This document shows, one piece after another, positions 46,195 to 54,538 of a stretch of 64,000 nt of DNA (its first letter is position 1; each line of letters begins with the position of its first letter). Origin of the DNA: Candidatus Poribacteria bacterium (GTDB lineage Bacteria; Poribacteria; WGA-4E; PCPOR2b); contig OZ244950.1 of assembly GCA_965222435.1 (NCBI GenBank), positions 6,688,785 to 6,752,784 on the forward strand, read 5' to 3'. Under the pieces are notes generated by a model. The model searched no databases, was not told the DNA's origin, and saw only the letters and a list, made by a program, of their open reading frames with translations. The position numbers and the translations under genes are program-made.

Positions 46195-48048
46195 TTGTCC
46201 GAAGAAAGGAACCTCTTATTGATTATCGAAGCAATCCATAGAACAATCGACAATTTGTTTAATCGAGGAAGCAAAATACAGGACGATGCCCCAGATAACC
46301 TTTTAGATCCATCCCTAGCGTTGAAAGCACATTTCGGATATGATGACTTCCGTGAAGGGCAGCGTGAGGTAGTTGAGAAACTTCTATCCGGTAAGAGTCT
46401 GCTCGGCGCGTTTCCAACTGCGTTTGGCAAATCCATCTGTTATCAGTTGCCGGGGCTGATGTTACCGGGGCTTACGGTGATTATTTCGCCGTTAATCTCG
46501 TTGATGAAAGATCAGGTAGATACCTTGCGAGAGAAGGAGATTAACTCCATAGGCTTACTGAATAGCAGCTTGACCCCTGAAGAATATCAACAGGAACTGA
46601 AACGATTAGTGGACGGTGAAGTTAAATTGTTGTATGTGTCGCCCGAGCGGTTCCGGAGCCGTCGATTCCTAAACACCTTAAAATCCCATAAGATTTCGCT
46701 GTTCGTGGTTGATGAGGCACACTGCATCTCTCAGTGGGGACACGATTTCCGACCGGACTATCTCGCACTTCGGACTGCTATCCAAGGGGTGAAGCCCTAT
46801 TCAGTCGCGCTATTCACAGCGACCGCAACGCCGGAGGTGCGGGAGGACATCGTAAAACAACTCCAAGTCAGTAGGTGCGATACCTTAATCCAGAGTGTAG
46901 AGCGTCCCAATCTAAAGTTTAGTGTCTGTGAGGTGCCGGGCGAACCGGAGAAGTATCAGTTACTTACAAAACAGTTGGAACAACTCACCGGGAAAGGGAT
47001 TGTGTATGCCGGCACTCGGCGGCAGACTGAGGAGATTGCGGAACATCTCAAAAAGCAGGGATATCGTGTGGATTTCTATCATGGTGCTAGGGCGGAATCG
47101 GAACGGACGCGAGTACAAGATGCGTTTTTCGACGATACAGCGGCGGGGATCGAAATCGTGGTTGCGACCAACGCATTCGGGATGGGGATTGATAAGCCTG
47201 ACATCCGATATGTTATCCATTGGACAATTGCGGGTTCGCTTGAACACTATTATCAGGAAGCAGGACGCGCGGGGCGGGATGGTAAGGATTCAGAGTGTAT
47301 CCTGTTCTTCTGTTCAGGCGACCGGCGGTTACAGGAACATTTTATGGAGGAGAGCGCGCCGAACAAGCCAGACCTCTTAAAGTTGCTAAAACTGATCGAG
47401 GACTCGTCATCGGTCGGCAAGTTCCGGCTAGTCAAAGTGCAGGCGATGGAATCCGCCCCGATAGGATCGGGATTTTCAACAAGCGAAATTGATGAGAGCA
47501 AAATTCGGGTGGGGACTAGTTATCTCGAAAAACTTGGCTTCCTCCAAAGGATGTATAACATCCCATCGAGCATATCTGTGAAGCTTATTAAGGATTCAAA
47601 TGGTATGTCGAGGGTACTAGACAGCCTACGAGATCAGCCAAAAATCCGAGTCATAGATTTCTGCCAAGAACACAACCTACATCCAAACCAATTGATAGAG
47701 GAGTTGACCGACCTGCAAAGCGATGGGTATTTAAAATACACCGGTGCAGAGGATACGATGTTGATTGAATTGTATCACGGGAGCAAACTGTTTGAGAATA
47801 TCTCTGAGGAGAAGATAGGAGGGAAGCAGTATATCCAAAACAAGCGATATCAACTCGACCAGATGATTCTCTATGCAAGAACAAACAGCTGCCGGGGCAA
47901 GTTGGTACGTCAGTATTTCGGGGAACATGCCGATAACGATTATCGCTGCAACATCTGTGACATTTGCGATCCAAGTCTCCTCAGTGTCTACAATTCGCTT
48001 ATCGAAGAAGTTACCAATGATGGAGATCAGAACCACCACACCCGGTAG
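46195..48048 (+). CDS. recQ: RecQ-family ATP-dependent DNA helicase
   Basis: 'PTAFGKSICYQLP', 'SPLISLMKDQV', 'VDEAHCISQWGHDFRPDY', 'ATNAFGMGIDKPDIR', 'YYQEAGRAGRDG', Zn site 'CR...C..CDIC'; exact start uncertain. Confidence 0.9.
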   Translation: MSEERNLLLIIEAIHRTIDNLFNRGSKIQDDAPDNLLDPSLALKAHFGYDDFREGQREVVEKLLSGKSLLGAFPTAFGKSICYQLPGLMLPGLTVIISPLISLMKDQVDTLREKEINSIGLLNSSLTPEEYQQELKRLVDGEVKLLYVSPERFRSRRFLNTLKSHKISLFVVDEAHCISQWGHDFRPDYLALRTAIQGVKPYSVALFTATATPEVREDIVKQLQVSRCDTLIQSVERPNLKFSVCEVPGEPEKYQLLTKQLEQLTGKGIVYAGTRRQTEEIAEHLKKQGYRVDFYHGARAESERTRVQDAFFDDTAAGIEIVVATNAFGMGIDKPDIRYVIHWTIAGSLEHYYQEAGRAGRDGKDSECILFFCSGDRRLQEHFMEESAPNKPDLLKLLKLIEDSSSVGKFRLVKVQAMESAPIGSGFSTSEIDESKIRVGTSYLEKLGFLQRMYNIPSSISVKLIKDSNGMSRVLDSLRDQPKIRVIDFCQEHNLHPNQLIEELTDLQSDGYLKYTGAEDTMLIELYHGSKLFENISEEKIGGKQYIQNKRYQLDQMILYARTNSCRGKLVRQYFGEHADNDYRCNICDICDPSLLSVYNSLIEEVTNDGDQNHHTR

Positions 48049-48115
48049 GCGGGGCATCCTGCCCCGCCCTATGTCGGCATCAATTTTGCCGGCAGATAGG
48101 GTTATCTGCCCTACC
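48045..48115. repeat. GTAG-type REP doublet overlapping the recQ stop codon
   Basis: GTAGGCGGGGCATCCTGCCCCGCC, whose TAG is the recQ stop, and GGCAGATAGGGTTATCTGCCCTAC. Confidence 0.7.
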
Positions 48116-48256
48116 ATGCGACAGATAGTCACCGGTCAAGTGCTAAAAAAAGCGTTGACTTACAACTGATTTTATAGTATTTTGACCGTCGCAGTCTCCG
48201 CAGCAAGGCAAGGAGGTCCCTTACACATACCCCGTCTTAAAAAGGAATCAAAATTC

Positions 48257-51200
48257 ATGAAAAGAGAAATTCTTTATTTCACCTTTTTCCTACTGATTTG
48301 CCTTATCTTTTCGCTGCCCGTAACGGCACAAGTTGTAAACATCCCTGACCCCAACCTCCGTGCTGCCATTGAAGCAGAACTTGGCAAAGCGTCAGGTACC
48401 ACCATCACCGCAGGTGAGATGGCAACCTTGACGGAGCTTAACGCGAGAGACGCTTCCATTAGCGATTTAACCGGACTCGAGTTTGCAACCAATTTGATAA
48501 CACTACGTCTTCACAACAATCGCATCACAGACATCTCAGCACTTTCAAGATTGACCCTACTGAGAGGACTGTTCCTTGACAACAACGACATCGCAGACAT
48601 CTCAGCACTTTCAGGCTTAATCCAGCTGGGAGTACTAGGGCTTGGAGGTAACAGGATATCGAACATTTCAGTACTTTCAAGATTGACCCTACTGATAAGA
48701 CTGCGGCTGGATCGTAACAACATTACAGATCTCTCACCCCTAGTAGCCAATACGGGATTGGGAAGTGGAGACGAGGTTAATGTGCGAGAAAACCCCCTCA
48801 ACTACACCTCCATAAACACCCATATTCCCGCCCTCCAAAGCAGAGGGATTGCGGTTGAGTTTAGCGATACGACGAATTTGAACGTTGATGAACCGCGCAC
48901 GGTTGATCTTGACAACACAAAGAATTTGAATGTCGGCGAACCACATACGGTACGGTTAATCTACTTTCTCCCAAGCGACCGTTCTCCCCAGCAGGACATA
49001 GACACAAAACTAGATACCTTGATAAAAGACGCCCAGCAGTTTTACGCCGATGAGATGGAACGCTACGGCTTCGGGGGGAAAACTTTTGCTTTTGAAACCG
49101 ATGCGACTGGAAAGGCAACGGTGCATCACGTAGACGGGGAGTTTACCGATTCATACTATCGCCGGAATACTTTTCGCAAAGTCTGGGACGAAATCCGTGA
49201 ACAGTTTTACACACCACAGAATATCTACTTCATTGCGATAGATATCGGTAACGAACATGTGGGTCGCGGCTATAACGAAGTGTGTGGCGTAGGTGACTCC
49301 CATGGAGCAAGTGGAGGCCATGTACTCATCCCCGCCTCTGGAGACTGTTTTAATCTCAAAACTACTGCCCACGAACTAGGACATGCTTTCGGACTACAAC
49401 ACGATTTTCGCAACGATACCTACATCATGTCCCTCGGCAGAGAACCAGACAAGCTGTCCGAATGCGCTGCTGAATGGTTAGATGCCCAACGCTATTTCAA
49501 CACCAATCAACTTCAAACTCACTTTGATAATCCCACAACAATTCAGATGCTTCCCCCACTTGCATCTCCACCGTATGCTATCCGTTTCCGCTTTGAGGTA
49601 ACCGATCCCGATGGCATCCACCAAGCACAACTACTAACGCCAGCTACTATTAGGAAACAGGATCAAGGACAACTCAAGTTTCTCAGTTGTAAACGATTAA
49701 ACGGCGAGACCGACACGATTGCAACTGAGCTTATCACAAACCAATTAACAGTGGAAAGCGATGAAGTAATCCTTAGTGTTATTGATGTGTATGGAAATTT
49801 CACATCGCAGATATATCCCATCGATATTACCACCATTTTTCCAACCGAAATAGTGTCAATACCAGATAAGAATCAGACAATTAACATTCCCGAACCCGTT
49901 CCGCTTCCGCTTACTGTCCGTGATGCTTTTGAACTGGATCCGCTTTACCAGCAGTGGATTAACGTAGAAGGATTACCTGTTGTGGCATCAGCACAGGTCA
50001 ATCCTTATGCCATAAAGGAAGCTGCATGGCTGATTCAGCAGATGATTGGACATCGTCCAGATGTGCTACAAGCCCTAGTACAAAACAGGGCACGTTTTTC
50101 CTTAATAATCCACAACGAGATTCCAACACAGATTCCCGAATACAGCGATGGCCGTCCCAATTTTCTTGCATACTTGATGCGTGGTTTTGGAGGGGGGCTA
50201 CGGGGACATCCAACGGTCACGTTAAGTGAGGAACATCTGCTTCCTGATCCGGACCATCCTCATTTCTACAACGCTGCGATTCATGGGTTTGCACATAGCA
50301 TACACCTATCCGGATTGAATACGATTGACCCAACGTTTGATAGCCGTCTCAAGATTGCGTATGATGCAGCAATGGAGAAAGGATTGTGGCAAGGCACCTA
50401 TGCTGCTTCGGACAGAAGGGAATACTGGGCTGAAGGTACACAAGGTTGGTTTCACCCCAAGGGTGGAAGCAGCAGCTTCAATGGCAACACGCGGCAAGCG
50501 TTGAAAGCGTATGATCCAGGGCTCGCGGCATTGCTTGCCGAAGTCTATGGCGATGACGGATGGCAATATACACTGCCCACAGCTCGAACTCATCTGCCAC
50601 ATCTTCAGGGGTTTTCTCTACAGGATTTACCGACATTTCAATTGCCCCCTGAGTTAGAAGAGCTGAAACGACAATTCAGAGACCCAGACAGCGATGGCGG
50701 AGACAACTGGGTGGACTTGAGACCGTATGATCCGAGTCTGCTTCCAATTCTAAACGAATCAAGAACTGTTGGTAATCTTACTGAGATTGCCTTCTTCAAT
50801 CTTACCCAAGCGAATGTCTTATTGTATGAGGTGGGCTATGATGGCACAGAATCGTTCTGGTTTCGAGTGGCTCCGGGGGTTATTCGCTCGAGACGGGCAT
50901 TTGCCCATTCGCTATGGCTCATCAAAGACTCTAACGGTAAGAACCTCGCTGTATTTCAAGCTGTAGAAAAAGTAGGACGTTTTCTCATTGAGGAAGTGCT
51001 TTATTTGATAACGCCCGGACTTTCAAAAGTTTCAGGTGATAACCAGACGAGCGTCTCCGGTATGGTCCTGGGGACCCCATTTGTCGTTGAAGTACGAGAT
51101 GAGAACGGTTCGGCGCTTGAAGGGATTTCGGTCACGTTTACCCTTACCGCAGGCGATGGAACACTCAGTGTAACAAGCACAACCACCGATTCCAATGGTA

Positions 51201-51934
51201 GAGCAGAGAGTACGCTCACGCTGGGACCGAACCTAGGAACAAACACCGTCTCTGCGTCTGCCGCTGGAATTGAGAGTACGGTCACTTTTCACGCTATCTC
51301 CGATACTGAATCACCACCGATTACAGCGGATGTCAACAACGACGGCAGCGTGAATATCTTGGATCTGATCTTGATTGCGTCCGAGCTCGGGAACGCAGGA
51401 ACCAATCTAGCAGTGGATGTCAACAGAGATGGGGTTGTCAGTATTCTGGATTTGGTATTGGCTGCAGGCATGTTTGAGGAGGCAGCAGCCGCACCTCCAG
51501 CGCAGCCACAAGCACCTGAGACACTTACAGCGGTAGAGGTTCAGGGTTGGCTAACTGATGCAAGGGCACTTGAGGTTAGCGATCCAACCGTGAAACGGGG
51601 GTTTGTAGTGCTTGAACAGCTCTTGGTGTTCCTGACGCCAAGAGAGACGGAACTACTCGCAAACTACCCGAACCCCTTTAATCCAGAGACGTGGATACCG
51701 TATCGGTTGGCGGAGGATGCTTTCGTTACGTTGACCATCTATGACTTGAGCGGGCGGGTTGTCCGTGCCCTTGAGGTTGGGCATCGGATCGCATCGGCTT
51801 ACGAGAATCGGTCGAAGGCAATTTACTGGGACGGGAGAAACGGATTGGGCGAGCGGGTGGCAAGCGGTGTGTTTTTCTATAATCTGTCTGCCGGTAAGTA
51901 TTCCGCCACGCGGAAGATGGTGATCCTCAAGTAG
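48257..51934 (+). CDS. Large secreted protein: LRRs, zinc metallopeptidase, second peptidase-like domain, Ig-like (Big_1), dockerin, FlgD/T9SS-like C-terminal domain
   Basis: Signal peptide; 'IPDPNLRAAI'; LRR 'L.L.NN.I.DIS.LS.L'; 'AHELGHAFGL.H'; 'HGFAHSIH...EYWAEG'; 'SGDNQ'; 'DVNNDGSVNILDL'; 'NYPNPFNPETWIP'. Confidence 0.85.
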   Translation: MKREILYFTFFLLICLIFSLPVTAQVVNIPDPNLRAAIEAELGKASGTTITAGEMATLTELNARDASISDLTGLEFATNLITLRLHNNRITDISALSRLTLLRGLFLDNNDIADISALSGLIQLGVLGLGGNRISNISVLSRLTLLIRLRLDRNNITDLSPLVANTGLGSGDEVNVRENPLNYTSINTHIPALQSRGIAVEFSDTTNLNVDEPRTVDLDNTKNLNVGEPHTVRLIYFLPSDRSPQQDIDTKLDTLIKDAQQFYADEMERYGFGGKTFAFETDATGKATVHHVDGEFTDSYYRRNTFRKVWDEIREQFYTPQNIYFIAIDIGNEHVGRGYNEVCGVGDSHGASGGHVLIPASGDCFNLKTTAHELGHAFGLQHDFRNDTYIMSLGREPDKLSECAAEWLDAQRYFNTNQLQTHFDNPTTIQMLPPLASPPYAIRFRFEVTDPDGIHQAQLLTPATIRKQDQGQLKFLSCKRLNGETDTIATELITNQLTVESDEVILSVIDVYGNFTSQIYPIDITTIFPTEIVSIPDKNQTINIPEPVPLPLTVRDAFELDPLYQQWINVEGLPVVASAQVNPYAIKEAAWLIQQMIGHRPDVLQALVQNRARFSLIIHNEIPTQIPEYSDGRPNFLAYLMRGFGGGLRGHPTVTLSEEHLLPDPDHPHFYNAAIHGFAHSIHLSGLNTIDPTFDSRLKIAYDAAMEKGLWQGTYAASDRREYWAEGTQGWFHPKGGSSSFNGNTRQALKAYDPGLAALLAEVYGDDGWQYTLPTARTHLPHLQGFSLQDLPTFQLPPELEELKRQFRDPDSDGGDNWVDLRPYDPSLLPILNESRTVGNLTEIAFFNLTQANVLLYEVGYDGTESFWFRVAPGVIRSRRAFAHSLWLIKDSNGKNLAVFQAVEKVGRFLIEEVLYLITPGLSKVSGDNQTSVSGMVLGTPFVVEVRDENGSALEGISVTFTLTAGDGTLSVTSTTTDSNGRAESTLTLGPNLGTNTVSASAAGIESTVTFHAISDTESPPITADVNNDGSVNILDLILIASELGNAGTNLAVDVNRDGVVSILDLVLAAGMFEEAAAAPPAQPQAPETLTAVEVQGWLTDARALEVSDPTVKRGFVVLEQLLVFLTPRETELLANYPNPFNPETWIPYRLAEDAFVTLTIYDLSGRVVRALEVGHRIASAYENRSKAIYWDGRNGLGERVASGVFFYNLSAGKYSATRKMVILK

Positions 51935-52054
51935 GGGAAGAGATTAATGTCCTTGCAAGGGACGGGGCAAGTCCGAGAGGATCCCGTGACCGGGGATGCC
52001 CCGCCTACGGGGGTTGGATTGCATTAAGCGCGGGGGCAGGATGCCATTAACAGT

Positions 52055-52396
52055 TTATTCCCAAGATGAACGGCGAGTTTTTAGTTTTTCGAGATATTCC
52101 GTTGTGCGTTTAACCTCTCGGTGTGCAGCATCATCGGCTTTGCGTTTTGCCGATGTTTTCTTGTTGTACTCAAGTCCCCACGAACCTTTTCTGAGACGTT
52201 TGAGGGTAAACTCTCCACCCGCCTGTCGGTTCACGTAGTCAAGCAGGTTTCGCAAGGTCCAATAGACATCTGTTGCAGCGTATTGAAGATCGCTATCAGA
52301 TCCCTGTTCCCCGATAAAATCTAGGGCGAGTTTCGCGAATTCAGTAACCTCTTTTGCGGTGTAGCTTTTGTCGCCGTCTAACTGAATTGTCACCAT
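52055..52396 (-). CDS. Hypothetical protein
   Basis: 113-aa ORF with a GAGG RBS, 18 bp after the XdhC gene. Confidence 0.55.
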   Translation of the reverse strand: MVTIQLDGDKSYTAKEVTEFAKLALDFIGEQGSDSDLQYAATDVYWTLRNLLDYVNRQAGGEFTLKRLRKGSWGLEYNKKTSAKRKADDAAHREVKRTTEYLEKLKTRRSSWE

Positions 52397-52414
52397 CGTT
52401 CTGCCTCGTAACGG

Positions 52415-53578
52415 TTACGTGCCGACCTTAATCGTGGGCATTCTCGCCGGCTGTGCATCAAAGTGGAGGTCTGGCTTTATACTATTGCGGACCTGGATAA
52501 GTTGCGCAGCGATGCTTACGGCAATCTCCGGCACCGTTTTGGAGTTGATATCCAATCCGATCGGCGCGTACACTTTTGCTAGTCTTTCTTCGGGGATCCC
52601 CGCGTCTCTCAAATCATCGTAGATCAGTTTAATCTTCCGACGGCTGCCAATTAGACCGACATAACGCGCATTTGACTCAACGACGCTGTGGAGTGCCTCC
52701 TCATCGTGCTGGTGTCCCCGTGTAACAATGACGGCGTAAGTCAGATGGTCAACGGGATACTTACGCAACTCCTCCGCAATATCGCCGATGATGATCTCGT
52801 CGGCTTCGGGGAGCCGTTCTTCAGAGGCGAAATCAGTACGGTCATCAACGATTGCGATGTCAAAACCGAGCCATTTTCCGAGATGGCATAGGGCTTGCCC
52901 GACATGTCCTGCGCCGGCAATGAGCAACGTGGGACGTGGCTGCACCGCATCCATGAAAACCCAGACTGCCCCCTCTCCGTTCCGATCCCGATTCTCGTGG
53001 ACTCCGATTCCATCGGAGGACTCTTCGACCTGCCACCGAAACACACCGGGCGCATCCTTCTCTAGTACCTCCATCAGTTCATCTTGGACTGCTGCCTCCA
53101 ACGCCGTATCTCCTAACGAACCGACCTTTTCGCCATTCGCTGCGAACAGCATCTTCGCGCCAACTTGGATATGGTCTACCTCACTTTGAACCACCGTAGT
53201 AGAGACGAGGGGAATTTTTGCTTCCGAGAGTTCCTGCAATCGGGTTAATATCAATGACTCCTCTTTGGTTTGGGGTAGGTCAATGAAAATCTTCATATTC
53301 CCACCGCAAATGAGACCGTCGTCCCACCCGTAGTCGCTGTCTAACTGAAAATCGAGCAGACGTGGGGCGCCACCCTGCATCAACCCGATTGCCTGCCGTC
53401 GTGCCTCCGCTTCCACGCAGCCGCCGCCGAGCGTCCCGAAATTGCGCAGGTCTGGCAAAATTAGCAACTTAGCCCCCGGCTTTTGTGGCGTAGATCCTTT
53501 CGTTTCTACAACTGTACAATAGGCACCCATCTCTTCGGACTCAATTAGTTCTATAACTTTTTGGTATATCTCTCTCAT
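52415..53578 (-). CDS. xdhC: XdhC/CoxI family molybdoenzyme maturation factor
   Basis: 'GSTPQKPGAKL', 'GTLGGGCVE', 'GLICGG', 'GAGHVG', 'VTRGH.HD', 'Y+GLIGSRRK', 'PIGLDI...TVPEIA.SI.AQ'. Confidence 0.9.
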   Translation of the reverse strand: MREIYQKVIELIESEEMGAYCTVVETKGSTPQKPGAKLLILPDLRNFGTLGGGCVEAEARRQAIGLMQGGAPRLLDFQLDSDYGWDDGLICGGNMKIFIDLPQTKEESLILTRLQELSEAKIPLVSTTVVQSEVDHIQVGAKMLFAANGEKVGSLGDTALEAAVQDELMEVLEKDAPGVFRWQVEESSDGIGVHENRDRNGEGAVWVFMDAVQPRPTLLIAGAGHVGQALCHLGKWLGFDIAIVDDRTDFASEERLPEADEIIIGDIAEELRKYPVDHLTYAVIVTRGHQHDEEALHSVVESNARYVGLIGSRRKIKLIYDDLRDAGIPEERLAKVYAPIGLDINSKTVPEIAVSIAAQLIQVRNSIKPDLHFDAQPARMPTIKVGT

Positions 53579-53602
53579 TTTTTCCCCCTCGCATCAGGTC
53601 AG

Positions 53603-54502
53603 CTAAAATATTCGTTGTTCTTTAACGCTCTTTGCTACCAATTGGGTGAACTGTTCCCGCTGAACGTCAGTCAAATCGAGTTGAAGAGTCAATTCCGCTC
53701 CACCCTGACCAACTTGGGTCGGAACATTGAGATAAACTTGCGCCGTGCTCGATTGAATCAGGGAGCTGACGCACATGATTCGCTTCTTATCTAGGGCAAT
53801 TGCTGTGACAATCTGTGAGATCCAAGTAGCCAGCGTATATGGCGCATCTATGGTGCTAGATTTCTTATGCGTATCCTGCACTGCCTCCGTCAACGCATCG
53901 ATCTTCCTTGCGTCTAATAACTCCCCCAACGGTATACCATTCACACGACAATATTGCGGAAGCGGGTAGATGGTCTCGTCATTCCCGATGGCAAGAACTG
54001 TGACATCTTGCACAGAAACGCTCAGTTGGTGGGCAATTTGGGCTTTCAGATACGCACACCCCATCCCGCCAGAAAGTCCGATGACTTGGCTTGCTTCCGC
54101 CTCAAGCTCACGGTAAACGTAAGAAGCGAGCGAACATGCCAAAGGCATTGCGGCAATGACCCGTGCCTTCGGTGCATGACGTTTGATGTGCCGAGCAAAA
54201 TGTTGTGCTAGCAAGGCATTTGATCGGCGTTGTGCTTGAATAGGGCGTGATGCGTGGGGAAGTAGAACTACAATCTGTGAACCTGCCAGTGCCGACCAAT
54301 CGTGAGTCACGCGCAGTTCAGTGTCAACTCCTCCAATTGCAGCTGCTTGTTTTAGATCTTGCAGCGTATCGCGGAGTGGCACTGGCTTATCGTCTACCCA
54401 AACGACTTCAGAGAAGATGTTTAAGTGACAAATTGTTGATGCAACAGGAGCAATACAACTTCCCCCTCCGAGGAGGCTTATCTTCATCTCAATGGCGACC
54501 AT
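53603..54502 (-). CDS. Lactate/malate dehydrogenase-fold protein with a degenerate active site
   Basis: 'KISLLGGG', 'DW.ALAGSQIVV', 'IA.QL.VSVQDV.VL.IG', 'VNGIPL.EL', 'I..D.KRI', 'YLNVP..VG..G'; catalytic residues altered. Confidence 0.65.
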   Translation of the reverse strand: MVAIEMKISLLGGGSCIAPVASTICHLNIFSEVVWVDDKPVPLRDTLQDLKQAAAIGGVDTELRVTHDWSALAGSQIVVLLPHASRPIQAQRRSNALLAQHFARHIKRHAPKARVIAAMPLACSLASYVYRELEAEASQVIGLSGGMGCAYLKAQIAHQLSVSVQDVTVLAIGNDETIYPLPQYCRVNGIPLGELLDARKIDALTEAVQDTHKKSSTIDAPYTLATWISQIVTAIALDKKRIMCVSSLIQSSTAQVYLNVPTQVGQGGAELTLQLDLTDVQREQFTQLVAKSVKEQRIF

Positions 54503-54538
54503 CCAACAGTTGGGGCTTGAAACCGTCTCAAAGCAGGC

